Assembly: GCA_041649575.1 (NCBI GenBank)
Contig: JBAZMW010000002.1
Coordinates: 202,792 to 234,791 of the forward strand
Reading direction: 5' to 3'
Source of the DNA: Patescibacteria group bacterium
Lineage (GTDB): Bacteria; Patescibacteriota; Patescibacteriia; 2-01-FULL-39-33
DNA length: 32,000 bases
Both the position numbers and the translations under genes were made by a program. Numbering within the stretch: the first letter of the stretch is position 1; the number at the start of each line of letters is the position of its first letter. The notes beneath the pieces are model-generated. The model worked only from the letters and a program-made list of their open reading frames with translations. It made no database searches and was not told the origin of the DNA. Of the stretch, positions 16,838-22,239 are shown piece by piece.

Positions 16838-18229
16838 ATGCCAGAACTTGAAAACAGCTCCAGCGGCAAACTGCCCCCGCAAAATTTGGAAGCCGAACAA
16901 TCGCTTTTGGGCGCTTTGCTGATAGACAAAGATTCCATTATTAAGGTGGCTGATTTATTATCAGCCGACGATTTTTATCAGGACAATCACTCTCTGATCT
17001 ATGAAACAATTTTGGAACTGTTCGAAAAAAGAGAAGCTATCGACATTTTAAGCCTCACCAGCCGCCTCGAAGAAAAAAAGCTCTTGCAGCAAATCGGCGG
17101 CCGCAGCTACCTGATTAGTCTGACCAATCAAGTCCCCTCCTCCGCTCATGTAGCTTCTTATGCCCAAATCATTCAGAAAAAAGCCACCTTAAGAAGACTC
17201 ATCGCCGCCGCCAACAATATTTTAGAGCTTGGCTACCACGAAGAACGCGAGGTAAACGAAATATTGGACAAAGCCGAACAATCGGTTTTTAGTGTTTCGC
17301 AAAAATACCTCAAAGAAAAATTCACGGCCATTAAGGAAGTGCTCTCCGAAGCCTTCGAACGTATCGACGAGCTCCACCGTGAAAAAGGCAAACTACGAGG
17401 ACTGGCCACCGGCTTCGGCGATTTGGACAGCCTGCTGGGCGGTTTGCAAAAATCCGATTTGGTCATTTTGGCCGCCAGGCCATCGGTGGGTAAAACTTCC
17501 CTGGCTTTGGACATCGCCAGGAATGCGGCGGTCAAATATAAAAAATCAGTCGGTATTTTTTCGTTGGAAATGTCCAAGGAACAGCTCGTGGACAGATTGA
17601 TCTGCGCCGAAGCTGGCATTGGCTTGTGGAAAATGCGCACCGGCCGGCTCTCGGAAAGCGGCGATGATTTCCCGCGTATCGGCCACGCCATGAGCGAACT
17701 GGCTGAAAGCCAAATCTACATCGATGATTTTGCCAATACTAACGTAATGGAGTTAAGGACCAAGGCCCGCCGCTTGCAGCTGGAACACGGCCTGGATTTG
17801 ATAATTCTCGATTATCTGCAACTGATGGAAGGCGCCACCGGCCGCTACGGTGACAATCGTGTCCAGGAAATAGCCGAGATATCCAGATCGCTCAAGGGCA
17901 TCGCCAGGGAGCTTAACGTGCCAGTCCTGGCCTTGTCTCAATTGTCCCGCGCCGTCGAGATGAACAAGCCGGCTATTCCTAAATTGTCCCATTTAAGGGA
18001 GTCGGGTTCTATAGAGCAAGACGCTGATGTGGTGATGTTTATCTACCGCAAAGCCGCCGATCGCGGCTATGATATCAACTCTCTAAGCGAAGAAGAAAAG
18101 CACTTGGCGGAGATTCATGTGGCCAAACATCGCAACGGCCCAACCGGTTTGATCTATTTGTTTTTCGACGAAGACCGGGTCAGCTTCAAAAATTTAGAAA
18201 CCAAGTTAAATGCCGGTCAAAATTTTTAA
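16838..18229 (+). CDS. dnaB: Replicative DNA helicase DnaB
   Basis: PPQNLEAEQSLLGALL N-terminus, Walker A ARPSVGKTS, LIILDYLQLM, SQLSRAVE, RESGSIEQDADVV. No intein. Confidence 0.95.
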   Translation: MPELENSSSGKLPPQNLEAEQSLLGALLIDKDSIIKVADLLSADDFYQDNHSLIYETILELFEKREAIDILSLTSRLEEKKLLQQIGGRSYLISLTNQVPSSAHVASYAQIIQKKATLRRLIAAANNILELGYHEEREVNEILDKAEQSVFSVSQKYLKEKFTAIKEVLSEAFERIDELHREKGKLRGLATGFGDLDSLLGGLQKSDLVILAARPSVGKTSLALDIARNAAVKYKKSVGIFSLEMSKEQLVDRLICAEAGIGLWKMRTGRLSESGDDFPRIGHAMSELAESQIYIDDFANTNVMELRTKARRLQLEHGLDLIILDYLQLMEGATGRYGDNRVQEIAEISRSLKGIARELNVPVLALSQLSRAVEMNKPAIPKLSHLRESGSIEQDADVVMFIYRKAADRGYDINSLSEEEKHLAEIHVAKHRNGPTGLIYLFFDEDRVSFKNLETKLNAGQNF

Positions 18230-18250
18230 CAGCCAATTAAAATAATTTTT

Positions 18251-18541
18251 ATGTTCAATAAACTCAAACAAATCCAGGATTTCAAAAATCAAGCCGGCCA
18301 GATCAAACAGGCTCTGGCGCAAGAAACCATCGAAGGCAGCGGCGGCTGTGGCAAAGTAAAGATATTAATGGATGGCAACCAGGAAGTAAAAAAAGTGGAG
18401 ATTAGTGAAGAATTTTTAACCGACAAAGAAAAATTGGAGGCGGCTATTGCCGAAGCGGTTGGCGACGCCATCAAAAAAGTCCAGCGTGTTATGGCCCAGA
18501 AGATGAGTCAGCTGGGCGGTCTGAATTTGCCGGGATTCTAG
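18251..18541 (+). CDS. ybaB: Nucleoid-associated protein YbaB/EbfC family
   Basis: 96 aa. The ...GSGGCGKVKILMDGNQEVKKVEISEEFL...D.E.LE..I..A...A pattern is typical of YbaB. Classical position next to recR. Confidence 0.85.
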   Translation: MFNKLKQIQDFKNQAGQIKQALAQETIEGSGGCGKVKILMDGNQEVKKVEISEEFLTDKEKLEAAIAEAVGDAIKKVQRVMAQKMSQLGGLNLPGF

Positions 18542-18552
18542 GCAGCCTTAAT

Positions 18553-18847
18553 AAAAAAAGCAGCTCCGCGAGTTGTGTTTATGCGACAGCACAACTCTAC
18601 GGAGCTTTGCAGGAGGAAAAGCCATGAGACTGGGAGGGCTCACGGACTTCTCGGTGGTGGTCAAGATCGGATTCGATCAAAACCTCCTTGGTGATAGACT
18701 ATTCCGGTGTCAGCCAGAGCCGGTGTTACCTTACCTGGGCTGTTTGGGCGAAATCCTTGCGGATCTCGCCATCTGTGACTGAATCGAACTCTCTCTGCTA
18801 CGGACACGACCTGGCTGACACCGGAAGATCTGGGTCGAATGTACTTA
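18553..18847 (-). ncRNA. Candidate structured ncRNA of unknown family (~295 nt), antisense to the ybaB-recR direction
   Basis: Bounded by a minus-strand promoter (18881-18853) and an intrinsic terminator (hairpin 18562-18606 plus U7 at 18559-18553). GC-rich. Has a 16-bp long-range helix and a GNRA-capped 10-bp hairpin with a strand-specific G.U pair. Confidence 0.55.
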
Positions 18848-18852
18848 CTTAA

Positions 18853-18881
18853 AAGATAACAAGCTATAAATAACTTGTCAA
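18853..18881 (-). promoter_or_regulatory. Sigma70-type promoter of the antisense RNA
   Basis: Minus strand TTGACA (18881-18876), 17 nt, TGtTATCTT (extended -10, hexamer 18858-18853). Confidence 0.6.
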
Positions 18882-18895
18882 GTGAAAATCCGATC

Positions 18896-19495
18896 ATGAA
18901 CTATCCCAAGTCAATTCAAAATTTAATCAATCAGTTTGCCAAACTCCCCAGTATCGGCCCCAAAACCGCCGAACGGCTGGTTTTTTATTTGCTGAAAAAA
19001 TCGGAAACCGAACTGCGTCAATTCGGGGAAGCCATCGAACAAGCGAAAAATAATGTCAAAATCTGTGCTGTCTGCTTCAATTTCGCCGAAACCAATCCCT
19101 GCCAAATCTGTTCTAATCCCCATCGCGATCAACAAATCATCTGTGTCGTCTCTAAGCCGCAAGACATTATCGCGCTAGAAAAAACCGGCTCCTATTCCGG
19201 CGTTTATCATGTTTTGGGCGGAAATATTAATACCTTAGACAACCTCGGCCCGGCAGAAATAAGAACTAGTGAATTGGTAAGTAGAATAAAAAAACAAGGA
19301 GCCAAAGAAATCATCTTGGCTCTCAACCCCGATCTCGAAGGCGAAACCACTTCGCTTTATTTAATAAAACTAATCAAACAACTCGCGCCAAAAAAAATCA
19401 CCCGCCTGGGGCGCGGCTTGCCAATGGGAGCCGACCTGGAATATGCCGATGAGATCACCCTGGAAAACGCCTTAAAAGCCAGACAAATATTGTAA
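18896..19495 (+). CDS. recR: Recombination protein RecR
   Basis: MNYPKSIQNLINQFAKLPSIGPKTAERL (HhH), C4 zinc finger CAVCFNFAETNPCQIC, Toprim domain. ATG 18896 gives the canonical 199 aa, so the TTG at 18875 in the ORF track is probably too early. Confidence 0.95.
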   Translation: MNYPKSIQNLINQFAKLPSIGPKTAERLVFYLLKKSETELRQFGEAIEQAKNNVKICAVCFNFAETNPCQICSNPHRDQQIICVVSKPQDIIALEKTGSYSGVYHVLGGNINTLDNLGPAEIRTSELVSRIKKQGAKEIILALNPDLEGETTSLYLIKLIKQLAPKKITRLGRGLPMGADLEYADEITLENALKARQIL

Positions 19496-19496
19496 T

Positions 19497-19545
19497 AAAA
19501 AAATCGACCCCGCACCTAGTAGCTTGTTAGCTTTCGGTGCGGGGT
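19497..19545 (-). terminator. Intrinsic terminator of the GC-rich island transcript (also the nearest hairpin behind recR)
   Basis: ACCCCGCACC (19507-19516) / GGTGCGGGGT (19536-19545), 10-bp stem. On the minus strand it is followed by cgaUUUUUUU (19503-19497). On the plus strand no U tract follows. Confidence 0.7.
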
Positions 19546-19667
19546 ACGCTATGATACTTAGACTATACTAATAGTAGGTTCCCCTACCTTTTGCCAGACG
19601 AATGTGCATAATAGCCCTCCTTTCTGCCAGTGGGCCTTCCTACCCACAGGACGTTTGTACAAATGCG

Positions 19668-20051
19668 TTAGGCGGCGGTCGCGGCGGCGGTCGCGTAAAA
19701 TTCGTAACAACCGTCGAGCCTTTCCCCCCGACCCATGAAATACATATATGGGTTGTTGGTACCAGTGCGGTAGCCCAATGGTTCGCACGTCCCTTGATCG
19801 AGGACGGTTTCCATGGTTCCGTTTACCTCGACCAGAATGAAGCGGCTCAAGGTGGCGTTGGGGATGGCATGTGGTTCCTGTGGCTCGATGACGTACACCA
19901 CGAATTTCCCTTTCGCGTTAAGCGCGCTCGCCGGTTTGCGTATTTCGAGCGGTAAATCCATCGAGCAGTTGCGCAACCGGCGGATGACCTCCGCAGCCGG
20001 TAGACGACAGGTCTCGCGGCTGCACATATTTACCAACTGAAGACGAAACAT
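19668..20051 (-). CDS. Orphan 127-aa protein encoded in a GC-rich island, no family recognised
   Basis: GAGGAG (20065-20060), 8 nt, ATG 20051. G/C-rich codon usage (CGC, GCG, CCG, GTC, ACC) unlike neighbouring AAA/TTT-rich genes. Has its own promoter and terminator. Starts MFRLQLVNMCSRETCRLPAAEVIRRLRN and ends ...CYEFYATAAATAA. Confidence 0.55.
   Translation of the reverse strand: MFRLQLVNMCSRETCRLPAAEVIRRLRNCSMDLPLEIRKPASALNAKGKFVVYVIEPQEPHAIPNATLSRFILVEVNGTMETVLDQGTCEPLGYRTGTNNPYMYFMGRGERLDGCYEFYATAAATAA
19671..19694 (-). repeat. Perfect 12-nt tandem duplication at the 3' end of the orphan ORF
   Basis: GGCGGCGGTCGC x2 on the plus strand (19671-19682, 19683-19694), encoding ATAA-ATAA just before the stop codon. 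Confidence 0.9.
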
Positions 20052-20107
20052 GTGGATCACTCCTCATGTAGCGCTAGCCCTATTGCCAGCGACTGTCGCT
20101 GTCAGTG

Positions 20108-20162
20108 ACAGGTACAGTATTTAGGGGATAATTAGTCTTTATGCCATAAATACTACACCTGT
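20108..20162 (-). promoter_or_regulatory. Long hairpin in the 5' leader of the orphan ORF
   Basis: Minus-strand RNA ACAGGUGUAGUAUUUA / UAAAUACUGUACCUGU, 16 bp including two G.U pairs that would be A.C mismatches on the plus strand. 23-nt loop. Confidence 0.5.
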
Positions 20163-20181
20163 CTTCAAAGTACTGTTTTAT

Positions 20182-20210
20182 AATATATCATATATATAAA
20201 ATTTTGTCAA
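20182..20210 (-). promoter_or_regulatory. Sigma70-type promoter of the GC-rich island
   Basis: Minus strand TTGACA (20210-20205), 17 nt, TGaTATATT (hexamer 20187-20182), embedded in a very AT-rich tract. Confidence 0.6.
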
Positions 20211-20276
20211 ATATATTTATTAATAATAAATGTAAATATTAATAAATATATCTAAAATTAAATAAAATATATTTAT

Positions 20277-20315
20277 CTAAACAAAACACACCCGACTTTT
20301 TAATCGGGTGTGTTT
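20277..20315 (-). terminator. Intrinsic terminator after rplU
   Basis: Minus strand AAACACACCCGA-uuaaaaag-UCGGGUGUGUUU followed by UGUUU. Confidence 0.7.
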
Positions 20316-20326
20316 GAAAAAATAAT

Positions 20327-20629
20327 TTATATTTTTACTATCTCCACTTCTGTCAGCCGCTGCCGGTGGCCAAACTTCTTGGCTTGTCTGGTTTTGGGCT
20401 TATACTTAACGCCCGTTACCTTTTTGGTCCTGCCTTCGCCAACAATTTTAACCTTTGCTTTCTGCTCCAAAAAAGGGTTGCCGAGCTGCAAATTATCGCC
20501 ATCAGCCAAAAGCAAAACGTCCAAATCCGCCTCGGCGCCAACGGCTGTTCTGATTTTTTCCACTTTAATTTTATCTTTTTCTTTCACTAAATATTGTTTG
20601 CCACCCGTCTTTATTACCGCGATTTTCAT
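20327..20629 (-). CDS. rplU: 50S ribosomal protein L21
   Basis: MKIAVIKTGGKQYLVKEKDKIKVEKI... and ...GEGRTKKVTGVKYKPKTRQAKKFGHRQRLTEVEI are canonical bL21. Confidence 0.95.
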   Translation of the reverse strand: MKIAVIKTGGKQYLVKEKDKIKVEKIRTAVGAEADLDVLLLADGDNLQLGNPFLEQKAKVKIVGEGRTKKVTGVKYKPKTRQAKKFGHRQRLTEVEIVKI

Positions 20630-20701
20630 AAAAATCCAAATTATAATTAATAAAAATCTTTCTCCAGCTTACACTTATTTTGTCAAAATGTCAAATAGCC
20701 A

Positions 20702-21166
20702 TTAAAGCTCTATTTTTACCTCGGCGCCAATCTTCAGATGATTTTTCTCCGCCCAGCCGGCATTGACTTCCAGCGCATGATTTACCAATTCCGGCGCTTG
20801 ATAATATACGGCTTTGGCTCCCTTCTCCGGCGGCAATAAATTTTTCTCCCAACCGACCACCTTGTCGTCCCTGATCCAAATGATGTCTAAGGGGAAACGC
20901 ATGCCATTCATCCAAAAATACGGACGATTATAACTGTCAAAAACAAACAGCAGGCCCTCGTCGTCAGCCATGCTGGCCAGGCCGGACAGGCCTTTTTCTC
21001 TTTCGGCGGCGGTTATGGCCAGGCCCACTCTAATCTTCTCCTGGCCAATTATTATGGTTTTCAGGCCATCTTTTTCCCAAAAACCACGACCGCTCAACGC
21101 GGCCGCCGTCAGACCGCCGGCGAAAACAAAAATTAGAAATAAAAAAAGTAGTGTTTTTTTATTCAT
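20702..21166 (-). CDS. DUF192 (COG1430/UPF0127) family secreted protein
   Basis: Signal/TM N-terminus, REKGLSG....DEGLLFVF......FWMNGMRFPLDIIWI...V.........ALEVNAGW pattern. Confidence 0.8.
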   Translation of the reverse strand: MNKKTLLFLFLIFVFAGGLTAAALSGRGFWEKDGLKTIIIGQEKIRVGLAITAAEREKGLSGLASMADDEGLLFVFDSYNRPYFWMNGMRFPLDIIWIRDDKVVGWEKNLLPPEKGAKAVYYQAPELVNHALEVNAGWAEKNHLKIGAEVKIEL

Positions 21167-22229
21167 CGGTTCTGCTGGAGTTGTTCTGATTTTTCAGAGC
21201 GAAAAAAACAATTAAAGCCAGCATCAAAAGCACCATCACTGCTAGGCCGACCAGCTTGCCAAGGCCATGAAAAACGATAGCCAAAGAGCCAAAAACCAGA
21301 GAAATCAAAATAAGCAGCAAAACGGCGCTGGTCTGCGACAAGCCCAGATCCAGCAACCGGAAATGTAAATGTTTTTTGTCGGCATGCGAAAAGGGCGACT
21401 CTTTCCTTAGGAGACGCCAAATCACCACGGCCAAAACATCCAGCGCCGGCAAGCCCAAAACCAACAGGGTGGTGGCGATTTTCGAGCCGGAAATGATTGA
21501 GAGTACGGCCAGAATAAAGCCCAAAAAAACGCTACCGCCCTCGCCCATAAAAATTTTGGCCGGGTGCCAATTAAAAACCAAAAAACCGGCCGTGGCCCCC
21601 AAAATAATCAGCGACCAGATGCCCGTGGCCGACATAGGCACGTCCCAATCCAAACTCAAAAGAAAAATAATAACGCTGGCAATGGCGGCGATGCCCGAAG
21701 CCAAACCATCCAAGCCGTCCAAAAATTTGGTGGTGTACATCATGCCCATCAGCCAAAAAAAAGAAATGATCATTCCTATCGCCGGCGCCAGATAAATTAT
21801 GGCGTTGGCCGGCCCGCCTAAGGGATTGGTGATGTAATTAATTTTAATGCCCAAAAATAAAACCAACAAAGCGGCGGCCACTGGCCAAATAACCTGTTGC
21901 CAGGGTTTTAGTTGATATTTATCATCAAGCCAGCCACCGATCATCAGCAGGGTTCCAGCCGCCAAAACACCAAAAATAAATTGGTCGGGAATTTTGGCGA
22001 AATTGGCCAGGTGGAAAAATCTAAAGACAAACAATACCGCAAAAGAAGCGATAAAAATCGCCAAACCTCCCAAAAGAGGTATTGGCTGGCGATGAATTTT
22101 TCTGTCAGCCGTTGGTTTGTCAATCACCTTGAACTTCAGGGCCAGCTTTATAATCAGAGGCACCAAAAAAAATGACAGCAAAAAACTGGCCAAAATTGCC
22201 ACTAAATAAATAGCCAAATCATCAATCAT
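21159..22229 (-). CDS. Polyprenyl-phosphate sugar-1-phosphate transferase, MraY/WecA (glycosyltransferase family 4)
   Basis: About 10-11 TM helices. DKPTADRKIHRQPIPLLGG, DDKYQLKPW, TKFLDGLDGLA and FMGEGGS motifs of the MraY/WecA family. The 356-aa size fits WecA/TagO-like rather than MraY proper. Confidence 0.8.
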   Translation of the reverse strand: MIDDLAIYLVAILASFLLSFFLVPLIIKLALKFKVIDKPTADRKIHRQPIPLLGGLAIFIASFAVLFVFRFFHLANFAKIPDQFIFGVLAAGTLLMIGGWLDDKYQLKPWQQVIWPVAAALLVLFLGIKINYITNPLGGPANAIIYLAPAIGMIISFFWLMGMMYTTKFLDGLDGLASGIAAIASVIIFLLSLDWDVPMSATGIWSLIILGATAGFLVFNWHPAKIFMGEGGSVFLGFILAVLSIISGSKIATTLLVLGLPALDVLAVVIWRLLRKESPFSHADKKHLHFRLLDLGLSQTSAVLLLILISLVFGSLAIVFHGLGKLVGLAVMVLLMLALIVFFALKNQNNSSRTDE

Positions 22230-22239
22230 AGTTAATCGA

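Noticed and set aside
18553-18847. Tried to read the ybaB-recR RNA (and the other two GC-rich loci) as tmRNA, RNase P RNA, SRP/4.5S RNA or 6S RNA
   Set aside because: None of the expected signatures fit:
- tmRNA: no tRNA-like acceptor/T-arm ends and no tag reading frame.
- RNase P: only loose resemblances to the P4 strands (GAGAAGUCCGUGAGC; ACACCGGCU), and in the wrong order.
- SRP: the GNRA hairpin stem is perfectly paired, so it lacks the helix 8 internal loops.
The rejection is by eye only, and a covariance-model search could overturn it.
19558-20040. Three other ORFs in the GC-rich island (19558-19788 -, 19602-19955 +, 19813-20040 +)
   Set aside because: They overlap the 127-codon frame, which alone has an SD at proper spacing and sits between the promoter and terminator on the minus strand. 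High G+C naturally opens multiple frames.
20165-20285. Extremely AT-rich tract with a repeated AAATATATTTAT motif (two copies ~54 nt apart), plus a TGTGGATCA DnaA-box-like 9-mer at 20051-20059, considered as a replication origin, iteron array or CRISPR leader
   Set aside because: Only one imperfect DnaA-box-like site, no dnaA or dnaN nearby, and no regularly spaced repeats. The tract contains the island promoter and sits just downstream of the rplU terminator, so it is adequately explained as a promoter/UP-element spacer.
21163-22175. Alternative-frame and antisense ORFs (61-139 aa) overlapping the MraY/WecA-family gene, and similar ones in tgt, dnaB, the DUF4012 gene and the liv genes
   Set aside because: All overlap strongly supported genes and translate to Arg/Gly/Pro- or Lys-rich nonsense. 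No independent signals.
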